NCBI GenBank assembly: GCA_964016885.1
Contig: OZ024751.1
Span: 15,190,001 to 15,254,000 of the forward strand
DNA length: 64,000 nt
Direction of reading: 5' to 3'
DNA from: Eledone cirrhosa
Lineage: Eukaryota
The translations under genes and the position numbers were made by a program. The notes below the pieces were generated by a model that was not told where the DNA came from, did not search any database, and saw nothing but the letters and a program-made list of their open reading frames with translations. Shown piece after piece: positions 1 to 13,037 of the stretch; within the stretch, counting starts at the first letter, position 1, and each line of letters opens with the position of its first letter.

Positions 1-1825
1 CTGTCTTTAATTATCATGGGTGAGAAGCAAAGACCTGCCAACCTCTAAAAACCCAAGCAGGGAATACTATGGAAAAAAGTGCCCCAAAATGGGGAGATTT
101 TACATAATGAAAGCTATACGCATTTTCACAAGAGAAGACATCTCTCACCCACTCCAAAGTGAGTGGGAGATCTCCCTGTTAGATGGGGAGAGTTGACGGG
201 TCTGGAAGCACTATGGTACTAGGCTCATTTAACCATTTATATAAATTATTAGGCCCATGCATGATTGGTATTTGTGAGCTGATTTTAAAGTTATCTGGAA
301 GATGGATGTCAAATGTTTGGGCAGAGGAACAATTTCACTGCTTGCTACAAGTGCTATTTTCCCTAGTTACACCTCTGGGTACATGGATGGATGAGAAGCG
401 AAGCTCACTTTGCAACTACATGGTTTCAAGTATGATCCCCACAGCACAGCACTCTACACAAAATTCTTTGACTATAGCATTAGGTATGTAGAGTAGACTC
501 ACCCTACCTATGTAAGTAAGACACACCCTACAGTAATGTAAATGTTAAAGGGTTAATCTTAAGTTAGATAAATAAAAAAAAGATATATTAATTCACACTG
601 TTTTATAGCTGTTTGAACTCTGTTTGGCTGCTTCATCATTTCTACATGTTTGATATATCCCTAATGTCACTACAGGTTGATCAAAGCCGTGTTGAGTGAT
701 ATTTGGTAGACAGAAACTGTGTGGTAAGCCGTCAAAGGAACTGTACCTGTTCTTGTGTGGTAGATTAATCTAGTGTCAGGCTTAACATCAAAACCTTCCC
801 CTTGTACATCTATAACAGAGTCTAATCTGTTGCATATATTCAGGCCAGTGAAGGAGGCCCTGAAAAGGATCATGGGCTCTGCCTTTATCGTCTCACTATA
901 CCATTTAAAATAAAGAACTACCTTATCTAACGTGTCCTTTCTTTTTTTAAACAACATAGTGTGATATTATGGAGATTTGACTGTTTGTAGCAGGTCAGCG
1001 ATCATGTAGATGTTAAGTATGTCAGGGGTTAACTAACTGGACTACTGACCACAGTCAGATTTTCTATCGTTATATTGTTGTTGTTTAACCCCAGGTTATT
1101 CCTAGTCAAGTAAACAGATAATCACTGCTATTCCAATGATGACCATCCCCTCATTTATTATCTAATGTATAGTATAGTAGTGACTATAGTTCTGGTTTTC
1201 ATCCCAGGTCAGTTCTCATCAAGTAGACTAGAGATCAATACTGTTCCAGCTGTGACCATCCCATCTTTTGTTCAAACAGAATGCATTTGAAGGAGAGAGG
1301 GGGAGAATCGACTTTAGTACTGGACTGGTATTTTTTCTATTGACTTCGAAAGGATAAAAGTCAAAGCTGACCTCGACGGGATTTAAACTCAGAGCACACG
1401 AAAACGTCATTGAATCAACTTAATGATATGTATTTATTTGTTTATTCAATTTAAACGTCCGTATGGAGCTAGTAAGCCATGACAGACTAGGGGAAGTGTC
1501 GAGTACTCCTTACAGTTGGTAATCAAAAAGAGCTGTGAAACAAATAATAAAAAAACTAAAAACTAAAATAAAATAAAAATAAAATAAAATAACAAAAATA
1601 AAATTTCAAATATTGAAGATCAATGTGAGGCAGATTATGTCTAAGTAAAGGAAAAAGAAAAGAGGAAACAAGGAAGCTGTAAAACAGCTAAAAGTTTCAA
1701 TTGTTGAATCTTTTCGTAGCTTCCATGTACTCAAATATTTTGTTTATATTTGGTAGGCCTGTAATCATACATTAAACTTACAATCTTGAGTTTTTTTAAA
1801 GATTGGTTTCAGTATGTAAATTATT

Positions 1826-1960
1826 AGACGATAATGAGTAACAGAGTTATCAGACGATAATGTATGACAGAGTTAGCAGACGATAATGTATGACAGAGTT
1901 AGCAGACGATAATGTGTAACAGAGTTATCGGACGATAATGTGTAACAGAGTTATCGGACT
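1826..1960. repeat. Minisatellite, ~26-bp unit x5
   Basis: GACGATAATGTGTAACAGAGTTATCA repeated. Confidence 0.9.
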
Positions 1961-2543
1961 TGGAGTCATTGGCAACCGATAATTAAAATAATAGTAACAA
2001 TAATAACAAACCAACTATACAACTATAACAGTTTCTTTTATTTGCCACAAGGGTAACTAACTTTAAAATTATAATAAAATAAATTCTTTGTAATACGATA
2101 AGAATTCTGTTTGACTGACGATCGCTACTTTCCTCAACTATAATTATACATCAAACATATTTAAATTATCTGTCCTTGTTGCATAGTAACATAGAAACAA
2201 ACTCGGATGCTACCCCACCCCTTTGTCGTCATTTGAACGAAATTCAACTATTTTCAATTGGAAAGTTGTGTGTGTGTGTATGTGTTTTACGGGGGGGTAG
2301 GGGGGTGTTATCGATATATATTTGGTAGGAGACGAAGATCGAAGGAATATTTTAGAGGTGGGATAATGTTGTTTAGGTACACAACATTCATTGAAATAGC
2401 AGCTGTTATCCCGTTCCAGGTCAGTCCTGATCGAATTTGACACATACTCTGTTCATCTGTATCGATCAACCAATAAATTATTGGTATCTAGTTAATACTG
2501 CAAGTGTGAATATCAAAACCGGTAGATTTGTACGTATGTTCAT

Positions 2544-2593
<50 letters not shown>

Positions 2594-2770
2594 ATAATTG
2601 TATGAAGAAAAGTCACAAATTTGATACCTCTTGTATTCTGGAGGTATGGTCAAATTTGGGCCGTAAAAGTTTGGGTAGCGCTTTTGCTCCGTGTACAAAC
2701 AAATAAATTATATATATATATATATACAATGATATTAAATGAATGGAAACTATATTTATAAAACCATATT

Positions 2771-2831
2771 TATTCTATTATATATATTTCAAGGGTACCA
2801 AAATTTTGGTAAGCTATCATCAGATAAAATA
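2771..2831 (-). ncRNA. Degenerate hammerhead motif, same family as 53408
   Basis: TATTTTAT-CTGATGA-TAGCTTACCAAAATTTTGGTACCCTT-GAAA-TATATA-TA-ATAGAATA. Confidence 0.45.
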
Positions 2832-2893
2832 CGAAGTGTGTTTTATAAATTTTGACATAACCAAGGATAATATACCTTAACGGTTCAAGTTAT

Positions 2894-2929
<36 letters not shown>

Positions 2930-5419
2930 CCAAATGAAAAAGATATATGTATACATAGAGAGAAAGCCATATATGGCACGCGCGTGTATGTATGTGTGTG
3001 TATATATATATGAATTGCTTGTAGATGGTTTCTAATCCACTTGATTGATAATTTAATATGACATTCAATAAGATGTGTTCCTTTAAAATATTAAAATTTT
3101 TAAGTAGCAAGAATATATATTTTATTAAAATCGTGTATAATGACAACATTAAAAGAAAATAATAACGTACAACCTGTTACACGCAGTCTTATCTGGAAAC
3201 ATACATTGTGTGTGTGTATGTATATATATATAACTAATAAGATGGTAGAGTGTGATTTGAGGGTTATTTGGCTACTATTTCGGTCAATTTTTATAATTCT
3301 TAGTGACATTTTTTCCCCTACATTTTAAGGGTAGTTCGTTCGTTGTTGGGTTCGGGTATATTTGTGCATGTGAAAGTTATGTTTTCCCTATAATCTTTTG
3401 TTTTGAATCAATATGGTTTTCAAACCCGTCGTAAACTACTCGTTTTCTGTGGTTCCACCATCGAGAAACTTCAAATCCTTGTCCCCAAGACGGGTGAAAT
3501 AATAATTAAAAAATTAGTACTACTTCTAGCAAATAGAATGACGACGTGGAACATCGGTTCTGTTGGTGGCTTGCATTAAAACATGGTAATTTTATTAAGT
3601 GCAATACTTAACTATTATTGTTAAATTATGTTGGTGTTTCACTCTTATCATTGATATCATGTTTAAGAACCGTTTTAACACAAATCTTTTGTGGTCAAAC
3701 TGAGTATAGACTAGACCTCAATGAAATACTAAGTTACATTAACAATGGAGTTTTAAAAAGGTTATTATAGCTAAAAGTCGAAAATGTATCGAATCTTGTC
3801 AGAATCATACGGTGATATTACATACAAGAAATAGCTACAGGTAATGTGTTGTATATATATATGAACTATTGAAGATATATACAATATCAATATCAATATA
3901 TATACTCACTTCTCTTGAACCAGTTGTCTTGTTTTTCTGTCGATTATACATGGTTGATTACTCGAACATTTATTTATCCAAGAGTTAAACGATGGCTGCA
4001 TGTATGTGTGTATATAAATATATATATATATATATGTGTGTGTGTGAACCTGAGTAGTTTAACCAGGGCGGTGGTGGGAGTATTGTTGGTCTGGTATTGT
4101 TGTTGGTGGTGGTAGCGGTAATAGGAGACATGTTAGTAGATATATGAACATAGTCGTGATGAAGTGTTTTGTCGGTCTTTGAATTGGTGGTGGGAACAGT
4201 AGCGTAGCTGGGAGGGGGTAGGGGCACGGTCCTGCCCTGCGAGACACCTTTCTATATGTTATATAAGTTTCAATAGGCCGAATTAAAATAAAATTGATTT
4301 TAATATCAAATGTGAGGATCGGGGAGTGATTGCAAACTCAGACTCCATACACTGCACTTTCGCTACTAGAGATTGAAGTGTTCAAGATATAATTGTTTCT
4401 ACTTTTGGCACAAGGCCAGCAATTACCCCAGTACATTACTTGTGCTTTATTTTATCGACCTCGTAAGGATGAAAGGCAAAGCTAACCTCGGAGGGGTTTG
4501 AACGCAGAATGAAAAGGGCCATAACTCTATGACGCAAAGCATGATGTCTGACGCTCGGTGGTGGTAATGTTAATTGTAAAGTGTTGGTGTTGTGGTGATG
4601 GTAGTAGTAGAATAGCAACAGTAGTCATAGTTGAAGTAGTAGTAGTAGTAGCAGCAGCAGCAGAAGAGAACAAACCCGATTTTCCTAAAATTTGTGGAAC
4701 ATATTACATGTATATACCTTTTCTGGAAGGAATCTGCTGTGTTCAAACCTGGGTAAGAGGTGGGCTCTGCCGGGTTTTAAAACATGCCATGTATCAATAT
4801 GGTACCCCTACAACTCTATCAAGAGACATATTAATAAATCATGTTAAAATTTAAAACCTGTCCCATGTCCAGAGGCTCATCAGCCTGGTGTTTATCCTAG
4901 TTTCATTAAGTAACTGAGAATATAAGATTTCCCCTGAACAGGATGCCAGTGCATTGCAAGGTTGCTCCAGTCCACTCAGCTGAATGGATTGGAGATATGT
5001 GAAATGAAGTGACCATAATAGACCCCCACCATCCAAGAAGACCCATTAATTTTCAAAGTACATCTCATGGATTGAACACTAGTCTATTGTAACTTACCCA
5101 GATAGACATAAAATAAAAGTGTTTTGCCTCACAACACAACAAAACTTCTGTAGCAAATACAAAATGAACTCATGTCATTTTATGGCGATACTATATCATA
5201 AAAGGAAATATTAGATTGGAAACAAAGCTCCTGCACAACTTTGTATATCGTTATACAATATAAAATAATAAAAGGTTTTTATTGATTTATACAGTAAAAA
5301 ATAAAGGGTATTTAATAACAAGGCACTGTATAACAAACAGAAAACATAATACCTTTTTTTTTGTGAAAAACAGTTCAGTAAATCCTAAACCAAAGTCTTG
5401 TAGAGTAACACAGGACTGT

Positions 5420-5890
5420 AACCTCTGAAGAAAGTACATCTGAAGTAGAGGTCATTACAGCCTTCATAGTCAGGAGAAAGACAGTATGTATGAGGTAGAA
5501 GTCATCACAGCCTTCAGAATTAGGGGAAAAAGAGAACACTTGAGGTAGAGGTCATCACCAGTCTTCATAATCAGAAAGACTACGTATGAGGTAGATGTCA
5601 TCAGAGCCTTCAGAATCATGAGAAAAAAAAAAGTATATCTGAGGTAGAGATCATCTGGATCTTCAGAATCAGGAGAAAAAGAGTACATTCGATGTATAGG
5701 GCATTGTAGTCTTCTTAATTAGAATAAAAAGAGTACATCTGAGGTTTAGGTCACCTGGATCTTCAGAATCACGAGAAAAAGAGTACATTTGAGGTAGAGG
5801 TCATCAGAATTAGAAGAAAGAGTACATCTGAGGTAGAGATCATAGTCTTGATTCAGAAGAAAAGAGTACATCTGAGGTAGAATTATCAGG
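5420..5890. repeat. Minisatellite, ~50-bp unit
   Basis: AAAGAGTACATCTGAGGTAGAGGTCATC..CTTCAGAATCAGGAG repeated ~9 times. Confidence 0.85.
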
Positions 5891-6119
5891 GTCTTTACTT
5901 ATTTAAATAGATAATGGTGATGTACTAAAAATTTACTTCAATTTTAATTACTACAGTTTAGTATATTTACAAACAAACAATTTAAAAAAAATACAAATAC
6001 AAAAATAATCTCCGATAAGAATAATTTATTTTATTAGTTGCTGTTGTGAATATTTGGATGGCTCCGATAAGAATAATTTATTTTATTAGTTGCTGTTGTG
6101 AATATTTGGATGGCTGTGC

Positions 6120-6950
6120 TATCTCCATTCCAATGACCAATTGTTAATGTTTGTCTCCTTCTTGACCTTCTTTGGGGTCCTGAGATACACAACCTTTGTA
6201 CACATCTATTCCATGCCTCCTAGGACAGGTCACAAGCCCATTGCCAGTCTTTTTGGCATTAGATAGAGACTGCAATATATTTTTCTACCTAAGGCCCAAA
6301 TGTGTCCCTTATCCTGTTGTAAAGGACAATGTGGTATGATTGATTTTATTCAATCTGACCATACTGCAGTTTTTGGGGTCTTATTTGTGATTTAGTGATT
6401 TTCTCAACCTGCAAAGACTAGGCTTTCTTAAAGGCGGGCTTTATTCACCTTGTCATAATTACAACGCTGGGTTGTAAGAGTTTTGCTGAGAACTAAGTGT
6501 CCCTCATTGTGTAATTTAGATATACCATTGCTGTTTAGTAGTGAACCACACTTTATAATCCAATATATAGGATACAGTGTAACAGTCCCAATGTTACCTT
6601 TTTTATATATTGCCTTGTTAGTTTCTGTACATTTAGTTGTGTTGGCATTTACCCAGGGTGGATTGAGCCATCTCCAATATGGTTGATCCCATAGCTTGTA
6701 AACAGAGGCCACCCATGCACAGTCAATCAGTTATTGAGGTCTTTGATACTGCAACTACTTTTGTGTGTATTTTTAGGACAGTTAGAGCAGTGTTGTAAAT
6801 GTGCCTGGGTGTTTCTAAGACTGTAGTAGGAGTTTGTAGCTTCTTCAAACTGATTTATGTATTTCTGCTACAATCTCACAAAAGATCACACACGCAGTGA
6901 TCTTCCATGAGGTAGTGTCTGCGACCATCAACTATAAGCCAATCAGACTT
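6120..6950 (-). mobile_element. Degraded non-LTR retrotransposon fragment (possibly RLE/HERO-like)
   Basis: Broken minus-strand reading resembling GMGGL and NAK.DWQWACDL blocks; many stops and frameshifts. Confidence 0.3.
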
Positions 6951-7609
6951 CATGTTAGGGACTTAAACCATCATCATTTAAACATGTTTCTCTAGGCTGG
7001 TGTGAATGTACACTAAGCAGTAAAATTATAAAGTTATGATTTATTCTACTATCCTGATCCATAACCCCTGGAGGAGTCATAGGGGCTCTGTAGTGACATA
7101 CTGTGTTTCTTGGGTATTTTTAACATGGTGGAGTCTATCCCCACTCCAAGCCCGAATAAAGATGATTTCTTCCAAAGGAGAGAGAGAGTGATAGAGAGGA
7201 AGAATCGACCCTACTACTCGATTGGATTGATTTGGTTTTTTCATCGACCTCGATAGGATGAAAGTCAAAGTTGACCTTGATGGGATTTGAACTCAGAGTG
7301 CAGAGAGCTGGAACAAATCCCGCAAGCATTCTATCTGATGTTCTAACAACTCTGCCAACTCACTGCCTGTTTATGATTTATAATGTATCATAATTGTGAT
7401 GGTGGCTTCTGTATCTATGAAACTCATTTATCAAAAGATTAAACATCCCACCATGGGTCAGTTATATCTTCAGTCAGTTGTTGATCATAGATCACATACT
7501 ATTCCAAGTGTCCAGATTCTGAAAACAAATAGAAAACAGTAAGTTTTAATAAAACACATATACATTTATATAATGGCTGGTGGTATCACACTGTGTGAAA
7601 TGTATTTAA

Positions 7610-7791
7610 CCCTTTAGCATTTACATTACTCTATAGTTACTCTTCTATTTTCACGGTAAATGCTTTACTTCGCATATTGAATCTATGAGATTTTGATATT
7701 ATTTATTATGAGAACAATACCTTAACATCAGTATGAGCAGAAAGAGGTGAAAGAATTCTGGCTGGATATGGCCCGTTTAAATGCTAAAGGG
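7610..7791. mobile_element. piggyBac-type MITE
   Basis: TTAA|CCCTTTAGCAT...ATGCTAAAGGG|TTAA; same family as the copies at 20430, 29524, 43284 and partial 42421. Confidence 0.85.
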
Positions 7792-7979
7792 TTAAGCAAA
7801 AGAAAGTACTCCATACTGTTAGGTAGAGTGATATATTCTTTTATTTTCATTGTGTTGAATTGCACATCAGGAAGTCCTTAGACAGTCCCAGCAACATATC
7901 AATTTTTCTATGAGAAGCTGCTGGCTACTTGCCCAACCTTTCTCTTTTTCTGGAAAAATCAACACTGAATCAACTCTCA

Positions 7980-10810
7980 CACCACTTCTAACAGTGTAGT
8001 GTAGGAATGGAGAAAGAGAGAGAGTTTTGCGCAGAATAACAACTTCCTATCACCAACACCATTTTCCCCACAAAAAGACAATTTTAATTCATCTTCAGCC
8101 TGGGCAGACTACCTTTTGGGGTATCAGAGAGACCTCTAAGATGTCTTGCACATCCATCTAATGCTTAGTGTAGTGTGCCATATAGGCAGACCATCATCTT
8201 GTCCGCTGCCAACTCAGTCTCCATTTCAAATCCAAGATTAAGAGAAGAGGCATTCCAAGGAAGATATTTCAAGACAGAAATCTCCAATGTGTTGAAGTAA
8301 GAGCCGACTTCCAGGCAAATTTTCCCGATTTCCAAATAGATATGAGATAGAAGTGATTCCGGAACACTTAAAAAAACCTCCTTGTTGAAATCCTCTGAAT
8401 AAGTACTGGGGTTTTCCACGAAGAAGAACAGGGACTGGTTCAATGAAAGCAATCAGAAGATCCAAGACCTGTTGACTGAGGAGCAATCCATCCATCAGAC
8501 ACATCTTGCTTTTATAAAAAAAAGCATCTTTCTCTCATGTCAGCATCAATATTCAGTGTAAATTTCAAGACACTGAAAATGTGGTAGACCAATGTTATAA
8601 ACAGAATTTAGTATTTCAGAGACTTTGGTGAATACAGCATATGGTTCTTTGTACAAAGTCAAGATGGATAGGGTCTCTTCAAATAAATTGTCCACTCTGA
8701 ACTGCTGGTCAGAACATTTCTAGACTCTTTTCAACACCACTTGCATTCCTCAATAGCCATAAAAAAATAGAACTCAACATGATTGTCAAAGCCATACAGC
8801 AGGGAGTTGATGGAATCCGACCAGAGATTTTAAAGAATGGGTAACCAGCATTGCACACCAAAGAAGTTCTTTGTGTGCTGTTCAGAACAAAGGGAAAAGT
8901 CTGACAGCTACAATTACAGAGGAATAAGTCTTCTCTCCATTGCAGGAAAAATCCCAACAACCTCTTTAGCGTTAGTGAACTACATGATAAACACACCTAG
9001 TACACTCTGTAAAGTGGTTGGTGATAGGTAGGGCATCAAGCTGCAGAAAACTTGCCAAACAAAGAGTTGTGAGGATATTCTTCAGTTGTGTTATAGACAT
9101 GACAATCTCCTTAGTGTTGGTGATTCACAATGCATCCAGTACACTCTGTAAAGTGGTTGGTGTTAGAAATGGCATTCTGAAATGTCAAACGAAGGGTTGG
9201 GAAGACTCTTCAGCTAAGCCAAGTCTCCAGTTTCTTAGTCGTGGTGCCACAAGAAAATGCATTCAGTGGAGTGCAGGATCATATATTGAGTCCCCGGTTC
9301 CACTTGAGTATTGATCGGTCTGTGATAACATGTCCAATTGTTGTTATTAGTGAAAAGCAGACATTGAATGATGATTATGATTAATATTCCTGAACAGACT
9401 GATACCCACTGTTGCAGATGAACAACCATCCAGAGAGTTAATGTAGATACAGAGCCAACTGGAACATCATTGACATGGTACTTGTTCTCAAACAGCTACA
9501 TAAAAAATGTAGAGAGCAGAACAAGAGACTGTATCATGTTTGTAGATTTTTCAAGGAGTTATGCAGTCAGTTCTGTTATATGGATGTACAAAGCATCTTG
9601 AAAATAAAATTAACAAAACTTATACAAAAAGGCCTCAAGCTGCTCTGGATATCTGCTGCAGATAACACCCTATGAAAGAACTTCTCCAAGGTAATTTACC
9701 ACCAATATCACAAGTCATCAGAGAAAGAAGAACAAGATTCACTGGGAAGCAAAGGTTGAGATCATCAGTGACAATCTTCTTTAGGAACCAAAGCATAGGT
9801 ACGCAAATGTTGGTAGACCACATCAAATGGGAGACTGAGCAGGCTCGGGAGAAGAGTCCTGGAGATCCATGCAATAAGTGCCCTTGGATGGTGGTGATGA
9901 TGAGATCTTACAAATCTCTGACTGTGTGAGCAGGAAGTTTTGAGGGAAAATTATGGAACTTAGACCTGAACCTCACTTTACTCAATATAGTCACTCAGCT
10001 ACATGTGGATCAATGTAACCAAGTCAGATACAACAAACTTTCAAAATGCTTCTCAATAAGGTTTAAAGGGCTGCATCCATACACCAATTCTTTTCATTGT
10101 GATGTTTATAAAAAAGCCATAGAAGCCTGCTCTACATCTGATAACATCCACTATATTCTGAGGTGACAACAGTCTCACACCAATTCACTGGAGCAAATCA
10201 TCCAAGACCTAATTGTCAACACTAAAGTGAACAACATCCTTCTTTGTATAAATTGCTGAGCTCGTTGGACTGGAAGTGAACTTGAAGAAAACAGAAGTTC
10301 TTCACCAGTCGTGACCATAAGAAGATTACCATCCTCTCTGCATCACCATCAGTGAAACGGAACTTAAGATAGTGAACCCCATTTTAGTTACCTGGGTGCA
10401 GTCTCATCAGATGATGAGATCAATAAAGAGGCTGGTTAATAGCGGATGGGCTAGGGCCCACAGCACATTCAGCAGGCCATACAAGTTTCTGAAGAAAAGC
10501 ACAATGAGAAACACTGTAGAGAGCCTTTGTACTGACCACCGTCCTGTTGGCATGAGTCATGAGTTACTTACCGTCACTATCTACGGCTCCTTCAGCATGT
10601 TCATCATTACTGCCTCCACCCACAACTACAGTGACTTTGTTACCAATAGTGATAATCCTTGGACAGACAGGTCACCAACATTAAGACTATGTTGTTAAAG
10701 TTGCAGCCTGTGAAAGACCACTGCCTGGTCAAGATTTTGTTTTAAGGCTGACATTCCAGTGATCAGCGTGACAGGACACTGAAGGAGAGCTACAAGGATC
10801 CTCCACAGGG
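7980..10810 (+). mobile_element. Degraded RTE-clade LINE, interrupted by SINE pieces
   Basis: Fragments DWFNESNQKIQDLL, YNYRGISLLSIAGKI, LKQLHKKCREQN and YLG in broken frames. Confidence 0.75.
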
Positions 10811-10829
10811 CTTGTCACTGACCAATACT

Positions 10830-11140
10830 GGTGGTCAACTACAACTTTAGATAGCTAGGTCCAGTTACAGACATTGATGGTGGTCTACTGTAGTCTCAGA
10901 TAGCAAGGTCCAGCTGCTGACCATTGCTGGGGGTCAACTATAGCTTCAGACAGCAAAGTCCAGCTACTGATGGTTTATTATAGCCCCAGATAGCAAGGTC
11001 CAGCTACTGACCATTGCTGGTGGTCAACTGTAACCTCAGATAGCTAGGTCAAGCTACTGGTGGTCAACTATAGTTTCAGATACCAATTGACCATTGATGG
11101 AGGTCAACTATAGCCTCAGATAGCAAAATCCAGCAACAGA
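10830..11140. repeat. Minisatellite, ~48-bp unit
   Basis: GGTCAACTATAGCCTCAGATAGCAAGGTCCAGCTACTGACCATTG repeated. Confidence 0.85.
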
Positions 11141-12543
11141 CTGTAACCTTTGAAATGCATGCAGGACAAGAATAGAAAAAATTTGACACAATAGTATTGA
11201 ACCTAGAATAGAATATATCCTAAGCAGCAGGGTCAGCCTGCCCAGTATTGGCCTCTTCAGCCACCAACACTCCTGCAACAGATGTGGACAGCCAGATGAC
11301 CAAGTTTTCAGTGGAATCCCAGAAGATTACTGATACCACAATTACTGCAAACTCATTATGGAATCAATCAATATTATCTTTGTCTGGTCTTCCATGCTGA
11401 CTCCAACCCTTTTAGTTGTGTCTTATGATAAATACATAGTAAAAAATACAGCCTGATATGGATCCAACACTTTTAGTCGTCTAATGACAAATAAACAGTG
11501 AAAAATCAGGTCTTACATGACTCCAATACTTTTAGTTGTGTCTAATGACAAATTATTAATGAAAGGTCAGGTCTTACGAAAATACAATGCCTTGCTAAAC
11601 TGCCCAAAGGTTAAAAAACAGTTGAAGGCAAATAGGAAACAAATCAGTTATGAATTCAAGTTAATACTTGAGTTGAAAAAGGGAATAGAAAAACAAAGGT
11701 GATGATTTAGATATCAGAAAACTAGTTTCACCAATAACTTTAATATAGACACACGAGACAAGTTGATTCTACTATAGCCTTAGGTTGACCAATATCCTGT
11801 CAATAAATTTGGTAGACAAAAATTGTAAGGAAGTCTGCCATACATTATATATATATGTTGGTGATCTACATGATAAACACACCCAGGACACGCTGTCAAG
11901 TGGGTGATAGAAAATGCATCCAGCCATAGAAAGCTGGCCAAACAAAGAGTTGGGAGGAACCCGACCCTTTAGTTGTTGTGTCAAGGACATGACAACCTCC
12001 CTAGTGATGGTAACCTACAAAATAAAAACACCCAGTACATGCTGTAAAGTGATTGGTGTTAGGAAGGGCATCCAGCCATAGAACGCTTGAGAGGACCCTT
12101 CATTTCGCGTCAAAAGACAACTTCTCTGCACTCAATAGAATGTATGACTGTACGTAAGTAGTCTCACTTCAGTACTGACTTGGTCTATGTAGACAAGTCC
12201 AACTCCCACTAGAAGAGAAGGTGAATGTTAAATGATGATGATGATATACACACATTATATATATACGTGTGTCTTACTTTATATCGATAGTGTTTAAAGC
12301 AAGCATTCCAGTTTGACTAAGATAAGCAGTATATACCATACTTAAGATAAAGTATGGGTTAGCATCAGGTTCTAGACAAACTATCTAAAAATTAAAAAGA
12401 GAAAAAAGCTACATCCAACCCATGCCAGCATGAAAAAGTGAATATAAAAAAAATAAAGATGATAATGAAATAATACAGGACAGAGAAGATCACATTGAAT
12501 AGAAACAAATCTTCCCATTGTTATTTAAAAGAGACACTAGCAT

Positions 12544-12836
12544 TTTATTGTCATTTTCTGATTTATATTTTAATATAAAAAAAATAAACAAACATCTCCA
12601 GAAAGTTGAGGAAGAAGAAAAAAAAAAGTGAAATGGAGAGAGAAACATAAAATCTGTAGATGAATACTGGTTAAAATGTTGTGAGTTAAGTTCAATCTTT
12701 TCCTCCCCAACCACCCACCCACACAATGAAGAATGTAAAATGAGAATCCACCGTCGGATGGTGCAATGACGATGGCGTTAATGCTGCTTACCATTCCATC
12801 TGGTAGCAAAGCTTGGCAGAAATTTGACGGTTTATT
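12544..12836 (-). terminator. Candidate SNF poly(A) signals (proximal AATAAA 12836-12831, distal AATAAA 12549-12544)
   Basis: Two canonical hexamers downstream of the stop codon, with U/GU-rich sequence nearby. Which one is used cannot be seen from the sequence. Confidence 0.45.
12748..12775 (-). promoter_or_regulatory. U1 stem-loop II-like hairpin (U1A/SNF binding site) in the SNF 3'UTR
   Basis: mRNA sense CCAUCGUC-AUUGCACCAUCC-GACGGUGG: 8-bp stem (one U-G pair), C-G closing pair, loop beginning AUUGCAC. Confidence 0.75.
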
Positions 12837-12877
12837 TTGAATGCCTTACTGAAATGCACCATATTTTCGTTTCTGCC

Positions 12878-13037
12878 CTACTTCTTAGCAAATGTGATTT
12901 TCATTGCATTGTTTGGAGTGATCTTGAAGCCTTGTAGTGCATCCTTTGCTGCACCGGCCTGCATCTCATTTTCAAACTCAACAAAGGCAATATCATGTCG
13001 ACCAGGCACCAAACGAACTTCTTTAAAACCAGGAAAT
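12878..13037 (-). CDS. SNRPA: SNF/U1A terminal coding exon ([21 protein letters not shown]...MKITFAKK*)
   Basis: Long polypyrimidine-TAG acceptor; TAG stop at 12880-12878; conserved RRM2 C-terminus. Confidence 0.97.

Noticed and set aside
183-491. 102-aa ORF at the window start
   Set aside because: No recognisable domain or convincing splice context.
3330-3600. CpG-enriched patch ending in AACATG|GTAATT, a possible first exon
   Set aside because: No downstream coding exons could be found before the SNF 3' end.
5420-5890. Regular repeats resembling a CRISPR array (also 38110-38530)
   Set aside because: Degenerate head-to-tail minisatellites with no unique spacers; eukaryotic context and no cas genes.
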